NCBI GenBank assembly: GCA_964016885.1 | Contig: OZ024742.1 | Coordinates: 219,542,001 to 219,606,000 of the forward strand | Direction: 5' to 3' | Length of the DNA stretch: 64,000 nt | Source: Eledone cirrhosa | Lineage: Eukaryota | Part shown: positions 13,716-25,560 of the stretch, one piece after another | Position numbering within the stretch: position 1 is the first letter of the stretch | How the letters are laid out: each line of letters begins with the position of its first letter | Position numbers and translations under genes: made by a program | The notes under the pieces: model-generated | The model's input: the letters and a program-made list of their open reading frames with translations, nothing else | The model's database searches: none | Told to the model about the DNA's origin: nothing

Positions 13716-14544
13716 TCAGCTCTCTTTGCAGATAAACAATCAAGTATTTTAAAATGACTAACAGATCTATAATTCCAGTGCTGTAGAAATCTGATGATCT
13801 TCTGGTGAGTCAAGTCTATGGCACAAGTGGAATTACTGATTTGTCATGTCATTTCACTGTCTTTTCACACCTGTAGCTTCTAACAGTAGACAATTGTTTA
13901 GGGGTAAATGGATTCCACTAGATCAGTATTTTCTAATCTATAAGGTCAATAACAAATCTGGGTGGTGGTATACTTCTGGAATAGTCAAGAAAACAAAATC
14001 GTACTTTTGAAGTATTTCACAGAATGTAAGATATCCTTGGAATTACCCTCTTCCCATTCGAAGAAGATAGATCCCTCATCTGGGATGCCACATGTTGGTG
14101 CTACGACGTAGTAATACAGAAGACCGGCCTTCCCTTACATACAAAGTTAAACTTACAGTCAGTAGGCACTTCTTAACCAAATATACACCCCAACCCACTA
14201 CCCCTACTCCATCCTCCCACTTCCACCAACACCACCCTTTCTCTGTAAAGTTATGTTGGTACCACAGAACATCCAGTCCACACTAAAGAGGTTGTGTGGG
14301 TGTCACGATAAAAAGCATCCAGTCCACACTGTAAAGTGGTCGTGTAGGAGACATGGTAAAAAGTCTGCCAGTCGACACTGTAAATATGGTTGGTGTTAGG
14401 AAGGGCATCCAGCTGTAGAAAACCTGGCAGATACAGTCCTATATGAGCGAGACAATCTTGCCTCAAGTGGGACAATTCCCGTCCTAACCCATGCTAGCAT
14501 GGAAGATAGACGTTAAATGATGATGATGATGATGATGATGTGAC

Positions 14545-14860
14545 ACGTTCTTTACCTCCAGCTTAGTCACCTCAGCCACAAACCTCGGTACTGCAGCCCA
14601 CAATGCAGAGGAAAGGAAAACAAACAAATACCGAGTATTGTCCAGCCACTTCCTCTTCACACCAATCACCGCAAGACTACAGGTATACTCGGGCCCCATA
14701 CTGCTGAGTTCCTCTGCAAGATCAGAATGTCAGCAGCCCATTTGAGGAAAGAGCCCCGTGAGGTGGGGTGGCTGTTGCAGTGGGTGTCACTGGCCATTGT
14801 CCGCAGAAATGATTTTGCGATCTTGTCTGCGCGGCGCAGCACCAGTGCCGCCGCATCTTA
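14545..14860 (+). mobile_element. 3' fragment of a CRE-like element (RLE C-terminus)
   Basis: Translates as GTAAHNAEERKTNKYRVLSSHFLFTP..TTGILGP...QWVSLAIVRRN. Confidence 0.6.
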
Positions 14861-16297
14861 GTCCCAGAGCCCATCACCCTCTCCCTTCCCTCTCCCATTC
14901 TTGTGTGATTCTAGAGCCCTTGCCTTTCCCTTCCTTTTCCATTGGCAGTATCGGTAGAGGGTTGGACGCAATGCTTTGACGCATAGAGTTACGGCCCTTG
15001 CCATTCTGAGTTCAAATCCCGCTGAGGTTAACTTTGCCTTTCATAAAATAAAGTACAAGTAATGTACTGGGTAATTGCTGACCTTGTGCCAAAAGTAGAA
15101 ACAATTATTAAATATTTATAATGTTTTTCTAATTATTTTGTAGTCATTTCTCATTTATTATTTTATTTATCAAATGTTAATTTGATAACATTTCTAACAT
15201 TAGTGTCGGTGGTGGTGGTGACGGCGACAGCAGTAGTAGTAGTAGTAGCAGTAGTCTGTCTAGTTTGAGGCAATGAAATAACAGAAATGGTTAAGTATTG
15301 GCCTAAATAGCTTATAGATATAAACATCTTCCAAAGCCAGTGTTTTGAGGTGCAGCTCCCACTAAAAACGAATGAATACAAAATGATTTGTATTTTTGCT
15401 TCAGTGATGATTAGAAGCCAATTTTGTTTTTTGTGTAACAGAGTGATTCGGATGAGGGTTAGGGTTACTGTAAGATCTTCAAAAAGACCATTGTATGTAC
15501 AACTGTTTATTGGATTTCTATTAACACAAAAATCTTAACAAATGTATGTCCCTGATGACATTAAGTACAAAACATACCTTTTGGTGAAGCCAGCTCTTTA
15601 TATATGAGCATTGAAGCAAGTATGAAGACAATTGTAGTAACATTCAAGACAAACCATTCGACCAAGCAAAAATGGATTGGTTCCTTGTTTATCCTTTATA
15701 ATTTAATTTTATTTTTATTCTCTCATAAAGTATTAAAAATTATATTCTTCTTAATAAGTAGAAACAAATATTATTGCAGTATTAAATTTGTTTCTTTCAC
15801 AAAAGATGAATGAAACAAATACACACCCACTCATACCCATATGTGTTTGTGTGTATGTACTCAGCATGGTCACACACAGTGTCACTTTATCCAGAAATAG
15901 AGAAGAATTGAGTATATCATCTTCCTATAGAAAATACTAATATGCTACTACAACTGTCCAAAGACATGATAGTACATAGATTGTACTGGTAAGGTCATGT
16001 GATCTATAGTATAGTGTAAAATGTTAGAGGGAAGGTTGTATTGGTAAGGACATATGACTACACACAAAGGATGTCAAATCTACACAAGAAGAAGACTGAG
16101 TAAGATGTTTGATAATAATTCTTTCTACTTTTGGCACAACGCCAGCAATTATTCCAGTGCATTACTGGTGCTTTATTTTATCGACCCCATAGTGATGAAA
16201 GGCAAAGTTAACCTCGGCAGAATTTGAACTAAGACCGTAAAGAGCCATGTCTCTATGCTGCAAAGCATAGCGTCCGACCCTCTACAGATACTGCCAT

Positions 16298-17700
16298 AAT
16301 GAAATTATTGTGTACAGTGCTCAGGTGCTCTACAACTCATCAAAGGTGCATGTATAGGATATAGAATAATGTACAAATGTCAGGAAAGTGAACAGTGTAT
16401 GAGTCATGATATACACACAGATACATGTATGCACGTGTATGGAGGTAGAATATCAGGTGGCGAATTTCGGGAAGCATGGAGGTTTTGAAGGATGCAGTGT
16501 CCCAACAGCTAACAACTGATGCAGGTAGTATGTTCCATGCTTCAGCAACTCTGAACATGAAAAAATGTTTCCAAAAGTCATGGGAGCTGTCCTGTTTTCT
16601 GATTTGTAAGCATGCCCATGGGCGTTAGACACATGGAATTCAAAAAGGTGCTCAGGGTTAATAATTTTGTTGGTGTTTATTAAGTCAGTTGCGAAACGTC
16701 GGAGCTTCAATGTATCCATGCCCAGGGAAGCAAGGTGTTCAGAGTATGGTAGATACCTGATGGAGGGTATTTGCTTGGTTGCATGTCTCTGAACAGTTTC
16801 CAGGAAATCAATATTCTGAGCAAGATAGGAGTTCCAGACTGGTGATGCAAATTCTAAGTGTGGCCTCATCATAGCTATATATAGCTTTAAATAGATAACT
16901 GGAGAGTGGCTGACAAAATTCTTACTGAGTGATGTTAAGACACCTTCGGCCTTCTTGACAATTTTAGAGATGTGCTTTGTCCAATGCAAATCCAGGTCAT
17001 ATTCACAGGAAGACTTCTTGAGGTTAATGTTGTGGAGGGAGTATGTGACCGCTGGGTTTTTCCTCCCAAAATGCATGGTGGTACACTTGTCCACAGCCAG
17101 CTTGAGTTGCCAGTCTGTGATCCATTGTTGCATTGTGTCCAGGTCTGATTTCAGGAAAGATTTTTAGTGTTCAGGATATGTCCTTTTTATCTCAATGTCA
17201 TCTGCATATTTCAGTACTATGGCATTATTTAAGTTGGCATCTATGTCATTAATGTGTGCAATAAACAAAAGGGGACCAAGAACAGATCCCTGTGGTACAC
17301 CAGATGACATCTCATAGGGTGAAGACTGCTGTCCTAGAACCATGTCTACCTCTTTTCGACTGAGAATGAAGGACTTCAACCAATTATAAAGATCATCTCT
17401 CACACCCATTGCAGAGAGTTTTGTCATAAGTCTTTTGTTGGCACAGAATTAAAAGCTTTAGCAAAGTCAAGATAAACAATATCCACACATGAACCACCAT
17501 CAGTGATCCAGGTAATGTCTTCAAGAAACTCAATGAGTTGATCACTGCAGCTGGAGTTAAGGATAAATCCAAATTGCGAGGGCTAGATAAGGCTGTGAGA
17601 ATTCCAGAAGTTCCAGAGTGTTTCTCTGACACAGAATTCCATCATGAAGTGGTAAAATCTGATCCCTGGATCTCTGGATGCTGAACCTCCATACAACCTA
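16298..17700 (-). mobile_element. CR1-like LINE 3' fragment, degenerate (duplicate at ~57616-59020)
   Basis: SGVPQGSVLGPLLF, KYADD, WQLKLAVDKC, LEFASPVWN, LETVQRHATK. Confidence 0.88.
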
Positions 17701-19505
17701 TATCACACATCCTTCAGGACCAACATGAGCCACTTTACAAGAGTACCTAGTCTCTAAATGTCCCTCCTCACTCATGTTTCTCCTGCTGATGCTGTTTTAC
17801 AGATGTTCAGGCTGAACATAAACTGTACAACTCACACCAGTCTGAGAGAGTTTGCTGTGATCATAAGACCTGTTCCTTCTATTTAACTGACTAAACAATA
17901 AAGACTAAAGTTTACACAATCAATCACAAATACTCAACTTGTGTATATTTTACAAACCACAGTAAGATAAAAGGATTTGAACTTCAATCATTTGGACTAT
18001 TGAATATTCTATACACTTGTATTTTACTAGTGGAACCCCTGCATATTGTTTTGATGCAATCATTTATAGGGCCGTGCTAGCAGAGGGAACTAACATTAGT
18101 TGATGATGATGATGATGATGAAGATGATGATGATGATGATGATGATGATGACGATGATGATGATGATTTCCATAACATTTCACATATGACATGGTTCCTA
18201 ATAACCACTGTACAAAATGTATTTTATCATGGTATTAATACTGGAGAGGTTGTAACGTTCACAAGAAAGACTAAAGTGTCTTTTCTACCTTACATTGTTC
18301 CCATTTGATAGGCAACCACTTTACAGAGTGTACTGGGTGAGCTTTATTATAGCATTTGCACCATTGAAGATGCTATGATTTCAGTAAGGTTAAAGAATCC
18401 TCTTCGCTTAACATTGTCTCTCTTCATTCAAGTAAAACAGTTATTCAAGGAAAGCAGTTTTAGGAATGAGAGATTAATAATGGAGAAAGCAATGGAAATG
18501 AAACAATGATGGTATTAGTAATTGTGGGCCAATGTCTGTGTGTCTGTGTGTGTCATCAAGACTGTGTGTGTTTGTTAATCAGTGTATGTGAAAAAATAAA
18601 TTAAAAAAATTGTGAAGTTATTTAAGTTTAACAAACAAACAAAAGGAAAGTTTCTACTTATTTAACGCTTGGACAACGTTTGACAACACTGCTAGTGTAG
18701 CTGTAGCTATGTGTGTGTGTAAATATTGCTGTTGGAAAATTTTGGTCTGGCAGCCCTTGTCAGTGGAGGCACGTAGACTAGTGGTAATGGTGTTGGACTT
18801 GCAATCATAATATTGTAGGTTCGATTCCTGGACTGGTTTGAGTGTTCTGTTCTTGAGCAAAGCACTTAATTTCACATTGCTCCACTATACTTAGTTGAAA
18901 ATGAGCACTGCCAGCAATAGTCTTGTAATCTCAGTGATTTCATGCCAGGGAAACTGGGATAAGCACCAGCCTGATCAGACTCTAGGCAATAGACAGACTT
19001 TAGAACCATTTCTACAGTGATGAAACTCCCAACCTTTCTTCTTCAGGCATATTGTACCTTGGACAATACTATACAAAATGTCTTTTTGGTATTATTATAG
19101 AACATACACTTTGATTTCAGTGGGGAAATATTTTTTTCCTTGTTTTTTTCCCACGTGTTATCAACTAATCAGACCACCAAGATGCTCGCAATCACTCTTT
19201 TATTCCATTTTTGCATGTTATCAACAAATATGATCTCCAAACCAGTTGGAAATGACTGGCTTCGTAGAAAAAGGAGAGGGAAATGGGATGGAAAGACCAT
19301 CAGTTTCCCAAATCTACATTCCTCTTGCATTTGATTGGAAATAATTATTTTTCTTCATTTTTTTTCATGTGCATCATCTAATCTGACCTCCAAGATACTC
19401 ACAATTGACTTTTTTTCCAGATAAGGGTTAGGGTTTGGTCAGATTAATTGATAGCACACGAAAAAAAATGAAGAAAAATAATTATTTCCAACCAAACGCA
19501 AGACG

Positions 19506-19715
19506 AGTGTAGATTGGCCTCCCCACAGTGTAGATTTGCCTCCCCACAGTGTAGATTGGCCTACCCACAGTGTAGATTTGCCTCCCCACAGTGTAGATTG
19601 GCCTACCCACAGTGTAGATTGGCCTACCCACAGTGCAGATTTGCCTCCGCACACTGTAGATTGGCCTACCCACAGTGTAGATTTGCTTCCCCACAGTGTA
19701 GATTGGCCTACCCAC
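19506..19715. repeat. Minisatellite, 10 x 21 bp (AGTGTAGATTkGCCTmCCCAC)
   Basis: Directly countable units; two alternating variants. Confidence 0.95.
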
Positions 19716-22618
19716 AGCCCGGCGGACAGAATGGAGAAGGCGTTTCCCAGAGGACGGCAAGGGGGACGCGCTGGAATAGCCATTCCAGCTTGCGAGGCTC
19801 ACACCTGCAGCTGGCCAGCTCAGCACCTATGGTGGTGCATAGGGAGGTAGGGCCGCGGACACCACTACCAAGGGTACAACTGCAAACCTGTCGGAAAGTG
19901 ACCGGTATTTGAAGAGTTTGGCCTCCTCAGCCCAATGTGCAGCAGAACCTGGGTTAGTCGCAGAGTGCACCAGGTTGCGGCTGGAGAAAGTGTCGGTGAA
20001 AGTGGCATCCCTGACGGGGGGTTTGCCACTGCGGAACGGGAAGATGGTCTTGCCATCTGGCCTTTGCCATCCCCTCGGTCCAGCTCCACTGGCTCAAGCT
20101 GGGAAGGGAAGCCTGGAGCGTCCAAGCCATGCTTTATGACCCCGATGAAAGCAGGATGACGTTGAAGGCGGCCGGCACTGTGGCAACAGGAAAGCAGGTG
20201 GAGGCCAAAAGAGTCCATGGTGGATCCACAACGATATAGGTGTGGCTCGCAGATCCGGAGGCCAAGCCTCAAGGAAACGCCGATGTGCAGGCTATTGTTA
20301 TCCAGCTGCTTGCCAGTGGAGAAGGAGGGAAGGGCACGGAGCCAGGCACCACTGTGGGCGTTTGGAGGCCACACGAAAACAGGCAAGGCGGTGCTGGTCG
20401 AGCTGGCGCATGAGTCTGTCTGAAGCCAGGCCGCACTGGATGGCATCCCAAATGCTTTGGGGGACCTCTACTGGGCTAAGTCCCAGCGGATTCCACATCT
20501 CGCAGGCGGTCTCACGTTCCTTGATCACAGAGGGTTCCATTGTGTTTTGGAGAACCCTGCTGACGAGGATGTGGCATGAGGTTATCAACGAAAGAAACGC
20601 CAGCAAAGCCAGTGAGATCAGGGACCGAAGGCCAAGGCCGCCATACCTGACAGGTAAAGTGGCCTGTTGCCATCCAATGTCATCGAACCTGACGTCGCAT
20701 ATCTCCTTGGCTGCTGCTTGGATACAAGTATCGAGGTCAGCGAGGAGAGATGTCTGAGTGTAGCACGGAGCGCTGCAAAGGTATGGAGGAGCTTTGGCAT
20801 GGCGAAGCAGTTCCTTGACAGAAAGAGGGCTGGGTGGCTGGTGATCAAGCCCAGTCGTTTTGTGAGGGTCTGGAGTTGTTGGAGCCTAGACTAGATGGTG
20901 GAGTGGATGGCTGGCGGGTGGATCGGTGACCCAAGGATGAGGACATCCTCTTGGGGGGGGGGGGGGCGGTCACTGTACCTGGTGGAGAATGGACAGCATG
21001 TCCGAGACGGAGGCTGCAAAGCTTTCAGCATCGAGGCTGACATTCACCACCTCCGACCTGGACGATTTGACCTGGAGGCCGATTCCAGCCAGCGCAGGAA
21101 CCACCGATTGTAGGGCCCGCTCAATGTAGCATCATCCAGATACCAAACGTTGAGAGGAGCCGTGATACTCCGGGAAATGTGGTCTATACCAAGGGCAGAT
21201 GGTCCTGGCATATGCAGTTAAAGGCATTCCTCATGTCAAGCTTGACAATGAGGTGCCTGGAGTCCCTGGATGCCGGTTCCAGTGGGCAGCTGTTGAAGAA
21301 CTGCCTGGCTGCATGTGCAACCCCCTCACAGCCATCGGACACGCCGACACCCAGTTCAGGTGTTATGGACCTGCAGACCATCTTGGCAGCCAACCTCCAG
21401 AAGACATTGCCCACAGCGATGGGGCGTATGCCACCCTCTTTCTTCCTGAGAGCAGTCAGACTAGCCAAAAAAAAAAGAGGCCTCGGGCATAAGGGTCCAG
21501 GGCGCCATGGATAAGCCTATTGGTGAGTGCCATAATTGCACTCAGAAGGCGGCGCCTGGCCTCAGCGGAGAGGGGGGGATAGCAACACCTTGTGGCTTGG
21601 TCGGAGACCATCAGCACCTCTGCTGCTGCTAGCTGGGAAGGACTTGATGACGGATATTATGTCTGCATCGGAAGCCACAAGGAGCAAGTGGGGATTGGTT
21701 GGGGATATGGGTCTGAGGTCAGCGGGTGGCTCAGGGTGCTTGAGTTGCAGGGTAGCCAGGACCTCCTTGGTGTGTTGGAGGACAGTGTCCTCTGAGGCGA
21801 CCACTCTGACTGCGGCCGAGACATCACCCATGGTTAATTTAGTGTTTACGCAGTCATGCAAATGCTTGGTGCTGGCCTCAGGGGTGGAGGATTGGGGTCA
21901 CCCGAGAGTGGGGATGTGGCATCCTTAGGCACACTTGGAATGGGCGCTTGCCCATAGGACGAAACATTGGCCTTGAGAAAGGCTGCTGTCGACCGGTCGC
22001 CTCGGTCAGTGCTAGAGCTGGGGAGGCCAAGAGCGAGTGGGGCGAAATAGAAGAGTCGCTCCCAGTTGTTGGCTCAATTGGAGTCCAGGGCGCTCTCAAT
22101 GAGAAAGTGAGGGCATCGGCTACTAGCACCTGGGCCGCTCTCGGGATCCTGAGTGGGATCTTCCGGAGCCGCTTGAGCCAAGCGATGTTGACCAGCGAGG
22201 CTTGGGCGTCAGGCAAGCTCGCTGTCTCTTCTGGTGGTGTGCCAGACGGCTGTGGCTGGGCAGACGAGTGGAAGAGACAGTTTCTGCATCTCCCCGATGC
22301 GAGGGCACTGGAGGCTCGATGCATGAAGCCAACACAGGTGAGATGGTGGAAGCGGCTGCACCCCGAACAGTTCCGGCCTGTCTTCCATCTGTTCGTGGTG
22401 CTGCAAGCAGCATCAGGTGTGAGTGGCTGGTTGTCACCAGCCTAAGTGCTAGGCACAACCGTGTGTGGGTGGAATGGAAAGTGCTGATAAGAGGGCCTCA
22501 TAGCTCACCTACATCAGATATGGAGGAGTCAGAAGACAAGAGAGAAAAGAGGGGCTGCATGGAGGGGGACACACAAGAAGGTAGAATGTTAGCAAATAAA
22601 TAAATGAATGGATGAATG
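19716..22618 (-). mobile_element. Degenerate CRE-like (RLE endonuclease) non-LTR retrotransposon, copy 1; its 5' region continues at 34974-35122 beyond the Gypsy nest
   Basis: Frameshifted motifs RIPRAA, GGIRPIAVGNVFWRLAAK, VKLDMRNAFN, CFAMPKLLH, SGAWLRALPS..LRLG..CEPH..CG..G.H.LSC...GR..RH, LEP..L.RGDGK(RPDG), EEAKLFKY. Confidence 0.8.
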
Positions 22619-23196
22619 TGTAACAAATAACACTTCCTTCTCCAAGCATAGATTCGAAACCGAATCCAAGAATTCTCGCTGTTCAAAATCACGACGACAG
22701 GCGCCAAAGAAAGGTTTTTTCTTTGTCCTGTCAAAAAGTGATTGATCGCCTCCCTTTGACCTACGACCTCAGCTAGGTCAAGCCAAAGTCAAATTGACCG
22801 AAGGACGTAGAAACTCTGTTGCGGTATGTCTATCATTCTAGCCACCGCAACATTATATATATGAGAGTCAAGGGAAACCCAGGGACAGAGAGCTGGTCTG
22901 ACACCACACAGAGAGACCTACTGTGTCAGATGAACTACACACACACACTCACACAAACATATTCATTCTAACACACCAGTTCCACAAATGTATCCTGGTT
23001 CTATTTTCTAACAGCTCGTAGCAGTTGTCAACATAAACATTTTTGTATGTAGTAAAGCATGATGTGTACATAACCACAAATTAAGTTCCAGTGAAATAAA
23101 TTATTTTTATAATGAATCCATTCACCTGCTTATTCATTTTTCCGGCATACACATGCCTTATCAATATTTCACCATTATACACACACAACCACTACA
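22619..23196 (+). repeat. 5' LTR of Gypsy element A (578 bp)
   Basis: Near-identical to 33969-34207 + 34644-34969, with a few substitutions and a short (CA)-tract indel. TG...CA ends. Confidence 0.96.
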
Positions 23197-23297
23197 TTTG
23201 GTGACCTCGTAAACGAATTGCGGCCTTCCTTTGAACCAGCTTCACCAACCGAACTGCATTTGGAAACAGAAACAGAACTGAGAATTCCGCGAACACA

Positions 23298-23850
23298 ATG
23301 GCTCTCCCAGAACAGAATCCAGCGGCGAACACATCTATCGACATGGCATTCCAAGCGGCGGTTACTTTGAGAATTCCCCCATTCTGGACACACGAACCTG
23401 CATTATGGTTTTACCATATAGAGGCCCAGTTTTCTTCTAACCGAGTAAACAGCGATGCGTCTCGACTGTCATATGTCATCGGTTCCCTATCGCCAGAGAT
23501 CACGAACGTCGTCCGCGATCTCATTATGGCACCGCCCGGTTCTGTGTCGTACAACATTTTTAAGACGACACTCATCAACAGAACTTCCGAGTCCCAACAA
23601 AAGCGACTTCACCAGCTTCTGATATCGGAAGAATTGGGTGATAAAACGCCCTCTCAGCTTCTGCGTAGAATGAAGCAGCTTCTTGGAGATGAAAGCCTAC
23701 CCGACAAAATATTCAAGCAGCTCTTTCTCCAGCGTCTGCCCTCCAACACGCAAGTGGTCCTCGCTGCCACACGGGAATCCACATCCATTGAGGAACTGGC
23801 GGAGCTAGCGGACAAAATAGCCGACGTACCACACAGATATGCAACAGTAT
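23298..23850 (+). pseudogene. gag: gag of element A, N-terminal part (interrupted by element B)
   Basis: IPPFWTHEPALWFYHIEAQF...LGDKTPSQLLRRM...LFLQRLP is a typical Gypsy gag. Removing B and one TSD restores the frame ...YATV|STVTPAAP. Confidence 0.93.
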
Positions 23851-24328
23851 TGTAGTAAGAGTTGTCTCCCCTGCCACGACAATTGAATCGCTGTTCTCTA
23901 GACAGGAAGTAGGTGGAGTTGCTTCCCTTTGGGATTGACCAAACTCCCTAGTGGTCACTTCCGGTCAACAGAGATAAAAGGAGCGATTAACCGCGAAATC
24001 TCTCTCTCGCCTCCTGATTCCCGAAGTGGTAACATCTTCGACCATAGCTGGATTCTTTCTGGACGACCCTTTCGTTACCAGCACAATCCAGCTCACCAGC
24101 CTGACAACTTCACAATGGCATTATTGCCATCGGGTAACAACCCTTTACCTTATACACCTTTGACTTCTATGAAGTAAAACTTTATCACACACACCAGTAC
24201 TCTTTGTCTTTTATATTATGTTGCATGTGCACCGATATCTATTTCCTAAAGTGGTGACCCTGACGTGATATTTTTTTTTCAATGGGAAATGGTTATACGG
24301 TGTATCTGATATGATATAGGACACAAAC

Positions 24329-24361
<33 letters not shown>

Positions 24362-24736
24362 TATAACACCTACAATTATTGACACGCAGACAAACCACAA
24401 TTCTATAAATGTTTTCACCATCCTCATTTTCTCTCCTTTTTCTGCCTTTCGCTTCTCTCGCAAAAAAATAATTTTTATGAGGATGACAAGATGGAGTCTC
24501 TCTTCTTTTTAAATGGTGTTTTGGCGCGAAATAGTCCGCCATGTTGGATTTTTTTTTGTTGAGTTTTTAGGCCCCCCGAAATTAACGTAGATAACAGCAT
24601 TCAAGTAATCGCTGGTTCGCACACTGTCCCGGATGCATTAGTTTTCCGGTTCAGTGCTCTGACGAAATATTTTAGTCTCTATTTACTGTTACCTTAGAGA
24701 CATTTTCCCCATACGGTAGATCACTACGGCATACCA

Positions 24737-25531
24737 ATGGCTTCCCACTCTGTTCTGCCAACGTACACGGGCGACGTAAGGTTGTGGTTCTCGCAATTAG
24801 AAGCTTTCTTCAGGGCGAACAGAGTCGACGAGGAACTACAGCATTCTGTGGTCCTCAGTGCCATTCCGCCGGCAATTCTCCCAGCGGTCAAGGACCTCGT
24901 GTTGGAGGCAACGGCAGAGTCGTCGTACGCGTCTCTGAAGGCTGAAATACTCAGCCGGACAGAACAGTCGTCAGAGAGGAGATTTAGGGCTCTGGTCCAC
25001 CTGGAGCACATAGGGGATGGCACACCATCGAACCTCCTTAGGCGGATGAAGGACCTAACGGAGGGGTCTGCAGCGGAAACTGCCCTGCTGAAGCAGTTGT
25101 TCTTTTCGCGCCTGCCGACGAACGTACAGGCAATTTTGGCCCCCATGAGGGATTCGAGCTCGGTTGAGCAGCTTGCCTCATCGGCGGACAAGATATTCGA
25201 GGTGACGAATGCCGGAGACAGTGACCCCCTCGCCGCTGTTCAACACCCAGCTCGGGCCACACACGGCCATGCGATCTACGCGGCAGCACCAACGGATAGC
25301 TTGGCGATCATTGCGATGCAAAGGTCCATTCAGGAGCTCACCATGGAGCTCCACAAGATGAAGGCCTTGTGTGGTGGCTGTTCGCGCGCCCGCAGTCGCG
25401 GGAGATCGCAAAGTTTCAGACGACGGTCCAAATCACCTGGTTCCGCCTTATGCTGGTACCACGAGCGGTTCGCGGAGAACGCGAAGCACTGCGTGCAACC
25501 TTGCTCCTATCATAAGGCGGGAAACGCTTAA
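24737..25531 (+). CDS. gag: Gag of element B (264 aa)
   Basis: [45 protein letters not shown], and [18 protein letters not shown] knuckle. Confidence 0.95.
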   Translation: MASHSVLPTYTGDVRLWFSQLEAFFRANRVDEELQHSVVLSAIPPAILPAVKDLVLEATAESSYASLKAEILSRTEQSSERRFRALVHLEHIGDGTPSNLLRRMKDLTEGSAAETALLKQLFFSRLPTNVQAILAPMRDSSSVEQLASSADKIFEVTNAGDSDPLAAVQHPARATHGHAIYAAAPTDSLAIIAMQRSIQELTMELHKMKALCGGCSRARSRGRSQSFRRRSKSPGSALCWYHERFAENAKHCVQPCSYHKAGNA

Positions 25532-25560
25532 GAGGTCCTCTGATGGGGACAGATGGCCTC
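25519..25560 (+). promoter_or_regulatory. Programmed -1 ribosomal frameshift signal of element B
   Basis: G GGA AAC heptamer in gag frame at 25519-25525. 6-nt spacer, then hairpin GAG-GTCCTC-tgat-GGGGAC...CTC. The -1 frame reads [11 protein letters not shown] into pol. Confidence 0.85.

Larger units (their letters stand above)
15019..22462 (+). repeat. Segmental duplication, copy 1
   Basis: Colinear, highly similar to 56350-64000. Many ORF-track translations are identical. Confidence 0.97.

Noticed and set aside
19506-19715. CRISPR-like regular repeats
   Set aside because: No unique spacers, no cas genes, eukaryotic context; it is a plain tandem minisatellite.
23929-24177. 82-aa ORF repeated at 29560-29808
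   Set aside because: Lies within the LTRs, has a TTG start, and is not preserved in the solo LTR.
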